NCBI GenBank assembly: GCA_963539345.1 | Contig: CAUTLS010000001.1 | Location: forward strand, 1 to 58,326 | Direction of reading: 5' to 3' | From: an uncultured Candidatus Saccharibacteria bacterium | GTDB taxonomy: Bacteria > Patescibacteriota > Saccharimonadia > Saccharimonadales > Saccharimonadaceae | DNA: 58,326 nt | In this document: positions 1-9,564 of the stretch, piece after piece | Layout: each line of letters opens with the position of its first letter | Numbering within the stretch: position 1 is the first letter of the stretch | Notes under the pieces: model-generated | Seen by the model: the letters and a program-made list of their open reading frames with translations, nothing else | Databases searched by the model: none | What the model was told of the DNA's origin: nothing | Made by a program: the position numbers and the translations under genes

Positions 1-2
1 GT

Positions 3-692
3 GTAATCAAGGATTGTGGTAACCCAGTCTGGGGTCCTCCTACAACTCCTCCAGCAAAACCTGTGTTGACCTGTGATGCGATGCAAAAAACTGCAGTGTC
101 TCGTGATACCTTCAAGTTTAGCACCAAAGCGACTGCTAAGGGTGGCGCTAGTGTCACCAGCTACACCTACAACTTTGGTGACGGCACCACTAAAACAACT
201 ACCTCATCTGAAATTCAACACACATACGCAAAAGCTGGTAACTATAAAGTTACCGTTACGGTGAATGGTAAAGAAGGCTCCAATGTTCAAAAAACTAGCC
301 AAAACTGTCAGACGACTGTTACGGTTAATCCTGAGCCTACCATGGAAGTCTGCCGATTATCCGACAAGAAGTACCCAGTAACTATCAAGGCTTCAGAATT
401 TGACGCTAAGAAGCATTCAAAGAACCCGAACGACTGTAAGGAAGCTCCAGCTAAGATCAAGGTTTGTGTCATCGAAACGAAAGAGATTCGTGAGATTAAA
501 AAAGAAGAGTTTACTGAGTCAAAGCACACGACTGACATGAGTAAATGTCAACCAACACCAACGACTCCTACTCCTCCAACAACTCCTGAATTGCCACGGA
601 CTGGTACTGAGAACATGGTTGTTTCAGTACTGGGACTCGGTGGATTGACTACGGCAGCTGTCGCTTACGTCATCAGTCGCCGCCGTTTGTAA
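3..692 (+). CDS. Sortase-type (LPRTG) surface protein with PKD domain, 5'-truncated by window edge
   Basis: Frame is open from nt 3 (VIKDCGNPVW...). PKD motif YTYNFGDG...HTYAKAGNYKVTVTV; Pro/Thr linker; LPRTG + hydrophobic helix + RRRL tail. Confidence 0.85.
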   Translation, partial: VIKDCGNPVWGPPTTPPAKPVLTCDAMQKTAVSRDTFKFSTKATAKGGASVTSYTYNFGDGTTKTTTSSEIQHTYAKAGNYKVTVTVNGKEGSNVQKTSQNCQTTVTVNPEPTMEVCRLSDKKYPVTIKASEFDAKKHSKNPNDCKEAPAKIKVCVIETKEIREIKKEEFTESKHTTDMSKCQPTPTTPTPPTTPELPRTGTENMVVSVLGLGGLTTAAVAYVISRRRL

Positions 693-709
693 ACGATCGA
701 CAATGAAAG

Positions 710-740
710 AAATACCCGCTTGATATCGAGCGGGTATTTT
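710..740. terminator. Bidirectional intrinsic terminator
   Basis: AAATACCCGCT/AGCGGGTATTT inverted repeat between convergent genes. Confidence 0.8.
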
Positions 741-746
741 GATTAG

Positions 747-3089
747 TTAGCTTTTCTTGCGAGTTGTGGATTTTTTGGTAGAAGCTTTCGACTTGGTTGA
801 CGCGCGGCCACGGCGAGTGGGTTTCGCGGGTGCGGCCTTCAGGAGTTCTAGAGCCTGCTCGTGAGTGATGGTTTTTGGGTCGGTGTCCTTGGGAATTTTA
901 GCGTTTTTAGTGCCGTCAGTGATATATGGACCGAAGCGGCCGTTAAGGACTTTGACGCCATCGCCAAAGTCAGCGATATTTTTCTCGGCTTCGGCCTTGA
1001 GTTTGGCGGCATAGAGTTCGCGAGCTTTCTCTAGGGTGATAGTGTGTGGGTCTTCAGGTTTGATGGAGACGAAAAGCTTGCCGACTTGGATGTACGGGCC
1101 AAAGCGACCGATATTGGCTTTGATGTCTTGACCGTCTTCGGTTTGGCCAACGACACGCGGTAATTTGAACATTTCTAAGGCTTGTTCCAGGGTGACTGTT
1201 TCGATTTTCGCGCCCTTTGGTAGCGGTGCAAAGCGTGGCTTGTCCTCGTCGTCAGTGGTGCCCAGTTGTAACATTGGGCCAAAGCGGCCGAAGCGTGCTA
1301 AGATTGGCTTGCCGGATTTTGGATCAATGCCGACTTCACGGTTAGCACCGACTTTGCTACGGTCGATACCGCCTGACTGTTCGATCAATTTGTGAAACGG
1401 CGTGTAAAATCCATGCAACATGGCGCTTTTGGCTAGATCAGCAGCGGCAATTTTGTCAAATTCGGTTTCGACATTAGCGGTAAAATCATAGTCAACTATT
1501 TGCGTAAAATGGTCGGTCAAAAAGTCGGCGATTAGTTCCCCGCTCGGCGTTGGGATGAGCTTGCCGCGGGTGGAGCCGGTTTTTTCCTGAACGATGTCAC
1601 GGCTGACTTCCTCGCCGTTGTAGCTGAGGACGATGACGTCGCGCGGCTGGCCTTCGCTGTCACCTTTTTCGACGTAGCCGCGGGTCTGCACGGTGTCGAT
1701 GATGGTAGCGTAAGTGCTTGGCCGGCCGATGCCGAGGTCTTCGAGCTTCTTGACCAGGGAGCCTTCGGTGTAGCGGGCCGGCGGCCGGGCGAAGGTTTGG
1801 CGAGCGGTGATGTCGTGGGTTTCGAGGGTGTCGCCGGTGTGGAGCTTTGGTAAGATTTCGTCTTTGCCACCGCCATAGACACGCAAGAATCCGTCAAAGG
1901 TGATGACTTCGCCTTTGGCTTCAAAAATAAGAGACGCTCCTTCGATGCCAATCGTCACCGTTGTTTTCTCCAATTTCGCTGGCGACATTTGCGATGCTAG
2001 GGTGCGGCGGCGGATGAGGTCGTAGAGTTTTTGGTCGTACTCGTTGGAAGTGACGGTTTCGCGGGTGATGTCGGTTGGGCGGATGGCCTCGTGGGCTTCC
2101 TGGGCGGAGGCGGATTTGGTCTTGAATTTGCGGACGGTGGAGTAATCCGGGCCGTACAGCCGCTTGATAAAGTCGGTTGCACTGGCGATGGCCTGCCCGC
2201 TCAGATTGACCGAATCAGTACGCATGTAGGTGATTTTACCATCCTGGTAGAGCCGCTGCGCTGAGGCCATGGTGGCTTTGGAGCTGAAGCCAAGTTTGGC
2301 GTTGGCTTCCTGTTGCAAAGTCGAGGTCGTAAACGGTGCGGCTGGGTTGCGAGTGCCGGGCGTCTTGGAGATGTCGCTGACAGTGAATGTGGCTAGCTTG
2401 AGACTAGTTAAAAACTCATGCGCGGCCTCTTCGGAATCAAATTTTTGATTGAGCTCGGCCTTGAATTCTTGATTATCATGGATGAATATGGCGGTCACCT
2501 TAAACTGTGAGCTGCCTGCAAATTTCATAATTTCTCGTTCGCGTTCGACCAGCAGCCGCACTGCCGGGCTCTGGACGCGGCCGGCTGACTTGCCACCGGG
2601 CACCTTTTGCCAGACCACGGGACTGAGCTCAAAACCAACCAATCGGTCGAGAATCTGCCGGGCTTGCTGCGCCTGCACCAGGTTCATGTCGACAGTGCGC
2701 GGATTTTTGATGGCATTGGTGATAGCGTCCTTGGTGATCTCGTGAAAAACGATGCGCTTGGTCGTCTCGATCGGTAAATCCAGCACCTTACAGAGGTGCC
2801 AAGCAATGGCCTCCCCTTCGCGGTCTTCATCGGTGGCCAGCCAGACATTGTCTTTACCAACGGCCTTAACGTTTTTCTTCAGCTCGCTGATGACTTTCTT
2901 TTTCTCTGGATCAACTTCGTAGACAGCAAAAAAATCATTCGCCACATCAATCGGCGGCGTGCCGTCCTTGGTCTTTTTGACGATTGAGCGGATATGTCCC
3001 ACGCTTGACAAAACGTGAAAATCATTGCCCAGATATTTCTCAATGGTTTTCGCTTTGGCTGGTGACTCGACGATGACGAGATTTTTCAT
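747..3089 (-). CDS. topA: DNA topoisomerase I with Topo_C repeats and Lys-rich tail
   Basis: LVIVESPAKAKTI, ATDEDREGE, SAGRVQS, ITYMRTDS; C-terminal GRFGPY repeats. Confidence 0.98.
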   Translation of the reverse strand: MKNLVIVESPAKAKTIEKYLGNDFHVLSSVGHIRSIVKKTKDGTPPIDVANDFFAVYEVDPEKKKVISELKKNVKAVGKDNVWLATDEDREGEAIAWHLCKVLDLPIETTKRIVFHEITKDAITNAIKNPRTVDMNLVQAQQARQILDRLVGFELSPVVWQKVPGGKSAGRVQSPAVRLLVEREREIMKFAGSSQFKVTAIFIHDNQEFKAELNQKFDSEEAAHEFLTSLKLATFTVSDISKTPGTRNPAAPFTTSTLQQEANAKLGFSSKATMASAQRLYQDGKITYMRTDSVNLSGQAIASATDFIKRLYGPDYSTVRKFKTKSASAQEAHEAIRPTDITRETVTSNEYDQKLYDLIRRRTLASQMSPAKLEKTTVTIGIEGASLIFEAKGEVITFDGFLRVYGGGKDEILPKLHTGDTLETHDITARQTFARPPARYTEGSLVKKLEDLGIGRPSTYATIIDTVQTRGYVEKGDSEGQPRDVIVLSYNGEEVSRDIVQEKTGSTRGKLIPTPSGELIADFLTDHFTQIVDYDFTANVETEFDKIAAADLAKSAMLHGFYTPFHKLIEQSGGIDRSKVGANREVGIDPKSGKPILARFGRFGPMLQLGTTDDEDKPRFAPLPKGAKIETVTLEQALEMFKLPRVVGQTEDGQDIKANIGRFGPYIQVGKLFVSIKPEDPHTITLEKARELYAAKLKAEAEKNIADFGDGVKVLNGRFGPYITDGTKNAKIPKDTDPKTITHEQALELLKAAPAKPTRRGRASTKSKASTKKSTTRKKS

Positions 3090-3147
3090 AACTTTATATT
3101 ATATCATATTGAGCGACCCATCAAATAATGGGCATTGGAGAACGCTA

Positions 3148-3789
3148 TTATTTCTGATCACTGTTCATCAGGTCTCGGGCGCGCTTAACGTATTGTCCAG
3201 CTGCCACTGCTGCTGCTGGAAGATAGGCTGCAAAGCCCAGTTTACCTAGTCCCTTCAGTGTTTTGGCGGTTTTCTGATAGCCCAGAGACTCTGCCGAACT
3301 ACCGATGATGAGTAATGTCGTGGTTGCTGCGAGCAGTGCGCTGCTGACTCGTCCTGCTTGAGTTGGGCGAAGTGGCTCGCGTTCATCAGGGAGTTGCTTG
3401 TGTTTGCATTCGGCAACAGCGGTAGCAATGGCTTTTGTTGATTCTAGGCCAGCAATTGTCGCCACCATGGCTTTTGATGTGGGGTCCTCTTGTGATAACT
3501 TCAGTAGTGCTGCTGCTCCAACGATTTTATCCCTGATGGGGTCTAGCTTGATGCCTAATTTTGACTGTTGGTTAAGGGCCCTCGCCAGTGAACCATCGAC
3601 TTTGTCTGACAACTCACCAGCAACTAGTGCTGCCATGCCCTTGAGGGAGTCGGCATGCTTGATACCGTATAGGCTGAGCATCGCACCTGCTACCGTCACA
3701 CCGTTCGGTAGTGTTACTATGTCGTCTGAGACAGGTTGTTCTTCTGGGGACTTGGTGGGACGAAACTGTGGTTGATGTTCTGCATTCAT
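3148..3789 (-). CDS. CDP-alcohol phosphatidyltransferase family protein
   Basis: SDKVDGSLAR...GIKLDPIRD matches the DxxDGxxAR...GxxxDxxxD signature; start moved to MNAEHQ. Confidence 0.8.
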   Translation of the reverse strand: MNAEHQPQFRPTKSPEEQPVSDDIVTLPNGVTVAGAMLSLYGIKHADSLKGMAALVAGELSDKVDGSLARALNQQSKLGIKLDPIRDKIVGAAALLKLSQEDPTSKAMVATIAGLESTKAIATAVAECKHKQLPDEREPLRPTQAGRVSSALLAATTTLLIIGSSAESLGYQKTAKTLKGLGKLGFAAYLPAAAVAAGQYVKRARDLMNSDQK

Positions 3790-3834
3790 TGACAGTATCA
3801 TAACACTATGGCGAAATATATTCAAGCATAGGCG

Positions 3835-4707
3835 TTATCGTAGCGTCCAGTTGTTTGCCCCGAGTGGCTTGATCACGCCATTAATCTCCAACATGGTGAG
3901 TGCGGTGGCAAAATCAGCTGCTGATAGTCCCGACTGTTTTTGTAGCTCATCGCCGTTGCGCACGCCATGTTTGATGAGCTTGGCGATGGTAATTTCAGCT
4001 GGTGTAGAACCAATTGGCAATGCGCATTGGGTGGGCTGGGTGGATTTCCAAGTTGGCGCAATGGCGTTCAAAATATCCTTGGCTGAGAGCGCTGGATTGG
4101 CACCTTGAAGCAGCAGGTTGTTACACCCTGCGGATAATGGGCTGGTGATGTTGCCGGGAACGACAAACACGTCACGCCCCTGCTCGAGGGCGTATGCTGC
4201 GGTATTGAGCGTACCGCTACGTTCAGCCGCTTCGGTGATGATGATAGCGTCTGCCAGCCCGCTAACCAGGCGGTTTCTTTGCAAAAAGCTCCATTTGCGT
4301 ATTTTCATGCCGTCGCCGCGCATCCATTCTGATAGGACTGCGCCGCCCTGGTTAATGATGTTCTCTGCTAATCCTCGGTTGCTACGCGGCGCAATATCTG
4401 GCAGTTCTGACGTGACGATACCGATGACTGTGCCGCCAGCATTGAGGGCTGCGGTCTGGGCGATGCTATCAACACCAAGCGCGAGCCCGCTGATGATAAT
4501 CACCCCAGCTTGTGCCAGGTCTGTGGCTAGCCGTTCGGTAACCTCGCGTCCATAGCTACTTGGCTTGCGTGTACCGACGATCGCGACTCGAGGAGCCTGG
4601 CTGTCTGGAAGTTTTCCCATAAAACATAACCTTTTTGGCGGCTTGGCAATATTGACCAACCTCTTGGTGAAAATATGTTCCTCTGGTAGTACTGTATTGA
4701 TTTCCAT
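3835..4707 (-). CDS. dprA: DNA-processing protein DprA
   Basis: AIVGTR, SGLALGVD, FLQRNRLVSGL, SGTLNTA, VPGNI; C-terminal winged helix. Confidence 0.95.
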   Translation of the reverse strand: MEINTVLPEEHIFTKRLVNIAKPPKRLCFMGKLPDSQAPRVAIVGTRKPSSYGREVTERLATDLAQAGVIIISGLALGVDSIAQTAALNAGGTVIGIVTSELPDIAPRSNRGLAENIINQGGAVLSEWMRGDGMKIRKWSFLQRNRLVSGLADAIIITEAAERSGTLNTAAYALEQGRDVFVVPGNITSPLSAGCNNLLLQGANPALSAKDILNAIAPTWKSTQPTQCALPIGSTPAEITIAKLIKHGVRNGDELQKQSGLSAADFATALTMLEINGVIKPLGANNWTLR

Positions 4708-4727
4708 GACTTTTATTGCAAAAAGTA

Positions 4728-4756
4728 TTGACACTATGTCAAATCTTTGCTATAAT
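4728..4756 (+). promoter_or_regulatory. Perfect sigma70 promoter TTGACA-N17-TATAAT
   Basis: TTGACA 4728-4733, 17-nt spacer, TATAAT 4751-4756 (also extended TGc). Confidence 0.85.
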
Positions 4757-4762
4757 GATACA

Positions 4763-5080
4763 CGATTGGTTGATCAGCGAGTTCAACCAAATGCACCTTA
4801 TACCCCCTATTCTAACTATATGTTAGGTTGCGCGCAATGGCATTAAGTATCTTACCCTCCACTTTTTGCGTTAAACGTTACGCGCATACTAACCCCTTTA
4901 ACTGCCCTTTTGATTAAGGCGACCTCTGTTTCATGGTGAGTACGCACTGTATTGACGATTCGTCAGGCGCCGGTCTTTTGGAGTTTTGACCGCAGACGCT
5001 TTGCTATGACATGGAAGCTCGGGTGGGTTGAAGGGTAACAAAGCACCAGGTGATGCCCACCCTTACCTGGTGCTTTTTTA
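4763..5080 (+). ncRNA. Putative structured non-coding RNA (~320 nt), family unassigned
   Basis: Lies between a consensus promoter and an intrinsic terminator; only very short ORFs; several complementary stems. Confidence 0.6.
5040..5079. terminator. Intrinsic terminator (probably bidirectional)
   Basis: AAAGCACCAGGT...ACCTGGTGCTTT followed by T-tract. Confidence 0.85.
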
Positions 5081-5095
5081 GTTGAGAAATTTATT

Positions 5096-5509
5096 TTATT
5101 TCGTTTGGTGTTTTTGACAATTTTTACAAATGCCTTCTAGTTCAAAGTGGTGTTTGACGACGGTAAACTGATGTTTGCGGCTGAGATAGCCGACAAGCTG
5201 CTCCAATTCTGGTGTTTGGATAGGCTCAGCGTTTTGACAGCGGATACAGTAGAGATGGTGATGATGTGGGATGAATGGTTCAGTGAGCTCGTAGTAATTT
5301 TTCCAGCCAATAGCAACAGCGCTGACGATGTGTAGCTGGTCAAAAGTGACAAGGGTGCGGTAGACGCTGGCTCGGTCAACGTTTTTGCACTTCTTTGCAA
5401 TGTCACTAATGGTTAGCGGAACAGCTGACCGTCGCAATACCTCAAATACTTGCTGGCGTGGTTTTGTCAGGCGCAAGTTGTGCTGTTTGAGTAGTTCGTC
5501 TATTGTCAT
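5096..5509 (-). CDS. Fur-family metalloregulator (Zur-like)
   Basis: LRLTKPR, ASVYRTL, HHHHLYCIRC, GICKNC. Confidence 0.93.
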   Translation of the reverse strand: MTIDELLKQHNLRLTKPRQQVFEVLRRSAVPLTISDIAKKCKNVDRASVYRTLVTFDQLHIVSAVAIGWKNYYELTEPFIPHHHHLYCIRCQNAEPIQTPELEQLVGYLSRKHQFTVVKHHFELEGICKNCQKHQTK

Positions 5510-5526
5510 ATTGTTGCAATTATATC

Positions 5527-5553
5527 ATTTATTGCGACAAATTTGCAATAAAT
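5527..5553. promoter_or_regulatory. Palindromic operator, putative Fur/Zur box
   Basis: ATTTATTGC-GACAAATTT-GCAATAAAT in the fur/NAS divergent promoter region. Confidence 0.7.
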
Positions 5554-5579
5554 GAGAGGGTCTGACATCATGAAGCATT

Positions 5580-6347
5580 ATGGATATAGCGATTAGAACA
5601 GTAATGAATTTGCATGAGTTTGCGCCATCACCAGATGTGAATGCGGCTTTTTCTGGTTTGGTGGCGGCAGTCGTGCAGGCAGCAGCTTTACCGAGTTGGT
5701 GCAATGAGGAGGTGCGTCGCGAAGTGCAACGCCGTTGCTCTCTGTCAGAATCAGAGATGGAAATGTATTGGTCGCGGCGAATTGCCAGCTCAGCTCGTCC
5801 GCAGCAAGAGCTGGAAAAGTTTTGGTATATTGACAATTACCGCGAGCTGGTGCGACGTGAGATTGGCCTACTGGGTGGCTCGGGTTTGTTTTTGAGTGAC
5901 AGCAGTCGGGTGGCGATGATTGGCAGCGGTCCCCTGCCTTTGACGGCTTGGTGCTTGTGGCGCCAGACAGGTGCGGCGGTTGATTTGGTGGACGTGGCGC
6001 CAGCTGCCTTGGCGCAGTCACGCGAATTGGCGCAGTTGATTGACTGGCCGGTTGGCAAGTGTCTGGTGGCGGATGGAGCGGCGGTAACTTTGCCGGACAG
6101 TACTTATGATGTGATTTATGTGGCTGGCCTGGCGGGCGATTCGGCTGAAGCCAAGCAGCAAATTATCGATAATATGTTGCCAGCGCTCCGGCCTGGCGGG
6201 CGGATCATCGTGCGCAGTGCACGTGGTGCGAAAACGTTGCTGTATCCAGCGTTTGACCCGAATAGTTTACAGCGCGTGCAGTTGTTGGTCGAGTATAATC
6301 CTGACGACGACATCATTAACTCGGTATATGTGTACAAGAAAGGCTAA
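5580..6347 (+). CDS. Nicotianamine synthase family protein (SAM-dependent)
   Basis: FWYIDNYRELVRRE, IGSGPLPLT, YDVIYVAGL, RSARGAKTLLYP, DDIINSV match NAS motifs. Confidence 0.9.
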   Translation: MDIAIRTVMNLHEFAPSPDVNAAFSGLVAAVVQAAALPSWCNEEVRREVQRRCSLSESEMEMYWSRRIASSARPQQELEKFWYIDNYRELVRREIGLLGGSGLFLSDSSRVAMIGSGPLPLTAWCLWRQTGAAVDLVDVAPAALAQSRELAQLIDWPVGKCLVADGAAVTLPDSTYDVIYVAGLAGDSAEAKQQIIDNMLPALRPGGRIIVRSARGAKTLLYPAFDPNSLQRVQLLVEYNPDDDIINSVYVYKKG

Positions 6348-6349
6348 TT

Positions 6350-7249
6350 ATGAATGATAAGATTGCACTATATCTGGTGAATGGCGCGCTGGGTGCGGGC
6401 AAAACCACGCTGGTTGATTTTTTGGTGCAGCAACCGGAGTTTGCTGGCGCGCGAGTGATTGAAAATGAATTTGCGTCGGAAAGTATTGACAGCTGTACAT
6501 TAGCACAACGCGTTGATGAACTAGCGACAATTGCTGGTGAGTGCATCTGTTGTAGTAGCGGCGAAGAGCTGGTTGATATTTTGCACAATTTTGCAATAAA
6601 CGGACGAGCACCAGTGATCATTGAGTCAACTGGTGTCGCTAATACTCTGCGGGTGGTTGAGAAATTACTGGCTGGTGATGTCTTTGAGCAGTATGATTTG
6701 CAGCAGTCGTTGTATGTTGTGGATGGAGCTGAAGCCAGGGCTGATGGCCTGACGGAGGCTTTGCTAGCGGAAGCTCGGGCGGCGGACATGGTATTGATCA
6801 GCAAGCTGGATTTACTGGCTGAAAATGACCGCCAGCAGCTCATTGAAACATTGTTGCAACAAGGGGTAACCAACGTTATGAATATGGATCACGGCAAATT
6901 TGATCTGGTCCAGCTTGGCGGCGAGTCGCACATTTTGGATTATTTACTACTGCACGAGCCTGTGAAAAACGCAGCTGAGTATGCTTTAAATTATAGCGTG
7001 ATTGATGTGGCTGAATTGGCTATTAGTGCTGAGAAGATTGAGAAGATCTGGGCTAGTTTGCGAGATAAATATGCTTTGCGGCGCATGAAAGGCGCGGTTG
7101 CTGATGGTGACGAGACATGTCACATCGAAGCAACGCCGCAGCAAATACAAGTCACGCGCGGTACCACTGACGAGTCATTAAAATTGGTTGTCATTGGTGA
7201 GCGGGCACGTGAGATTACGCGCGCAGTAATTATGAAGGAGTTGGGATGA
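6350..7249 (+). CDS. COG0523/CobW-family metallochaperone GTPase
   Basis: GALGAGKT, IENEF, CICC, IESTG, SKLDL; C-terminal RMKG...LVVIG. Confidence 0.9.
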   Translation: MNDKIALYLVNGALGAGKTTLVDFLVQQPEFAGARVIENEFASESIDSCTLAQRVDELATIAGECICCSSGEELVDILHNFAINGRAPVIIESTGVANTLRVVEKLLAGDVFEQYDLQQSLYVVDGAEARADGLTEALLAEARAADMVLISKLDLLAENDRQQLIETLLQQGVTNVMNMDHGKFDLVQLGGESHILDYLLLHEPVKNAAEYALNYSVIDVAELAISAEKIEKIWASLRDKYALRRMKGAVADGDETCHIEATPQQIQVTRGTTDESLKLVVIGERAREITRAVIMKELG

Positions 7250-7791
7250 TGGAAGGTACGAATAGCGCGAGAGCGGCGGTTGATAAGCTGCTTGATATGT
7301 ATGATGAGCATAAGGCTTTGATAGTAAAGATTGCTGCTGCGGAGCGCCGTTTGGCGTTGGCGAAATTGAACAATAGCAGTGGCGAACAGATACGGATAGA
7401 GCTGGACGACTTACGGCATAGCCAGCAGCAACTGTCTGATAATATGACGTTTGATACGCCACTAGTTTGGGTGATGTACAAGTTCGAGGCCTACCAGGAT
7501 GAGGCACAGCCGATTAAAACCATGCACGATTTTCGCTTGCACTGCTCGAAGCCCGGCTATATTTGCACTAAACGCTTCACATTTTTAAATACACACTTGT
7601 GCAATAATGGGCAATGTCTCCTGACGGACGACGAACGATACCCCGACAAAATGCTACTTAGTGAGATTTTTCCGCTCCTTGGCGAAATTGAACAAGATGA
7701 AGCTTTCTTGTCCAGTTGGCGCGCGCATGAGTACTATCAGGAGGATGGAATTGTTAAAAAATGGCAGGACTATGTGGACTGTAGAGGATAA
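7246..7791 (+). CDS. Hypothetical protein with Cys/His cluster
   Basis: Start overlaps the upstream stop codon; coiled-coil-like N-terminus; HCSKPGYIC...HLCNNGQC. Confidence 0.65.
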   Translation: MMEGTNSARAAVDKLLDMYDEHKALIVKIAAAERRLALAKLNNSSGEQIRIELDDLRHSQQQLSDNMTFDTPLVWVMYKFEAYQDEAQPIKTMHDFRLHCSKPGYICTKRFTFLNTHLCNNGQCLLTDDERYPDKMLLSEIFPLLGEIEQDEAFLSSWRAHEYYQEDGIVKKWQDYVDCRG

Positions 7792-7857
7792 CCTCTTGCC
7801 TACTGGTTTGAGGTAAGCGTAAGATTGCGCTGTATAGATATGCTATACTAAAGCAAT

Positions 7858-8931
7858 ATGAAACATCTCTGGCATTCACATCATCCATTTCGAATTTTTT
7901 GGTTTTCAGCACTATTGACATTGATTTTGGGCAGCTTGACGTTCATGCACTTGGGTCTTAGCGGCCTCTGGTTATTTGCTATTTTGGTGGTGTTGGAAGT
8001 TACGTTTAGCTTTGACAACGCGGTGATTAACAGCAAAGTGTTGGCTGGCATGAGCTCGGCATGGCAAAAGGTATTTTTGACGGTCGGCATCTTTGTGGCG
8101 GTCTTTGTGGTACGGTTTATTTTGCCAATTTTTATCGTTATGGTGGCGAGTGTTCATGGTTTCACCGAGGTGGTTGACTTGGCTATCAATAAGCCAGCCG
8201 AGTATGGCCATATTCTGCATGAGGCATCGCCGATGATTGATGCGTTTGGTGGGGCATTTTTGATCATGATTGGGTTAAGTTATTTCATCGACTACAACAA
8301 GCGCATTCACTGGGTTAGTCATGTTGAACCGTGGCTGGCTAAGGCTGGACGGTTTGAGAATTTCAAAGTATGTCTGATGTTGGCAGTGGCGACGATTTTG
8401 TATTTCACAGTGGAGCCGGCACATCAATCGCTCATTTTGATCTCATCTATTCTGGGGATTATGCTGCATATTGGGCTGGAATTGTTTGGCTCATTCTTTC
8501 ACGAGGATGATGCCAAGGCCATTAAAGTCAAGACTGGTTGGGCGGCATTCGCAAGCTTGCTGTACCTTGAGGTTTTGGATGCTAGTTTCAGTTTCGACGG
8601 CGTCATCGGTGCCTTTGCTATCACTAGTAGTGTCCTGTTGATTGTTGCTGGACTGGCATCTGGAGCTATTTGGGTGCGGTCATTGACGGTGTATCTGTTG
8701 CGCACGGGTGTGCTGAGTAAATATAAGTATCTGGAAAATGGCGCACACTGGGCAATTACGGCACTGGGCATGATGATGATCGCGAAGCTGTTTCATCTGG
8801 AGCTGCCAGAATGGGCAACGGGCGGTTTGGGGCTGTTGTTTGTGAGCTTGGCGGTCGGCAGTAGTATTTTGGAAGCACGAGCTATCGGGCTGCGAGAGGC
8901 AGCAGCAAAAATCAAACGCCGAAGACGATAA
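7858..8931 (+). CDS. DUF475 / TerC-like integral membrane protein
   Basis: LEVTFSFDNAVIN, LEVLDASFSFDGVIGAFAIT, YLENGAHWAI. Confidence 0.9.
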   Translation: MKHLWHSHHPFRIFWFSALLTLILGSLTFMHLGLSGLWLFAILVVLEVTFSFDNAVINSKVLAGMSSAWQKVFLTVGIFVAVFVVRFILPIFIVMVASVHGFTEVVDLAINKPAEYGHILHEASPMIDAFGGAFLIMIGLSYFIDYNKRIHWVSHVEPWLAKAGRFENFKVCLMLAVATILYFTVEPAHQSLILISSILGIMLHIGLELFGSFFHEDDAKAIKVKTGWAAFASLLYLEVLDASFSFDGVIGAFAITSSVLLIVAGLASGAIWVRSLTVYLLRTGVLSKYKYLENGAHWAITALGMMMIAKLFHLELPEWATGGLGLLFVSLAVGSSILEARAIGLREAAAKIKRRRR

Positions 8932-8953
8932 GCGTTTTGCAACGTTGTTGCAA

Positions 8954-9520
8954 TTAGAGTTTAATGCTCAGCGGCTCAATGGTGCTGTTGAGGAATGTCT
9001 CGGTCAGTTTGATTGATTCAGGGATTGTCCAGTCGCGGAGAATTGTTCGTTCGTCGGTGTTGAATTTACTGAGGACGAAATCGACATCGCCAATTTGCCG
9101 GCGTAGTAGATTGTCGGTGCCGATGCGAATATGCCAGAATTCATTGCCAACATGTCGGTGTAGTGACTTCAGTCCGTTATTGCCAGCGCTTTCACCACCC
9201 TTGCGGACACGAATTTTGCCAAAATCAAGCGCCGTGTCATCATGAATAATCAGGAGATCATCAAGCGTCAACTTATAAAAATCCATGAGCGCCCGCGCCG
9301 CAATACCAACCTCGTTGTAGTAGGTAGTTGGCTTGACGAGTAGGACTTTGCCTGGCGCTTCGGAGTGACTGATTTCAGCGATATCGGCAAAGAATTTGGG
9401 CTTGTTGCTAAATTGTGCACTCTGCTCTGCTGCCAATTGGTCAACCACCAAAAAGCCAGCGTTATGCCGGGTGTACGTGTACTTATCGCCAGGATTGCCG
9501 AGGGCCAGAATGACTTTCAT
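8954..9520 (-). CDS. pth: Peptidyl-tRNA hydrolase
   Basis: LGNPGDKYTYTRHNAGF, HDD, GNNGLKS, IRIG. Confidence 0.96.
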   Translation of the reverse strand: MKVILALGNPGDKYTYTRHNAGFLVVDQLAAEQSAQFSNKPKFFADIAEISHSEAPGKVLLVKPTTYYNEVGIAARALMDFYKLTLDDLLIIHDDTALDFGKIRVRKGGESAGNNGLKSLHRHVGNEFWHIRIGTDNLLRRQIGDVDFVLSKFNTDERTILRDWTIPESIKLTETFLNSTIEPLSIKL

Positions 9521-9564
9521 ACCTTCAGTATATCACCTCGGGCGTGATGGCGTATAATAGAGAC

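Noticed and set aside
1532..2264. Alternative-frame ORFs and a GC-richer patch inside topA
   Set aside because: Explained by codon bias; recombination cannot be shown without an alignment
4763..5080. tmRNA, RNase P, SRP RNA or T-box identity
   Set aside because: Lacks tRNA-like ends, the GAGGAAAGTCC motif, the SRP domain IV motif and a downstream co-oriented gene
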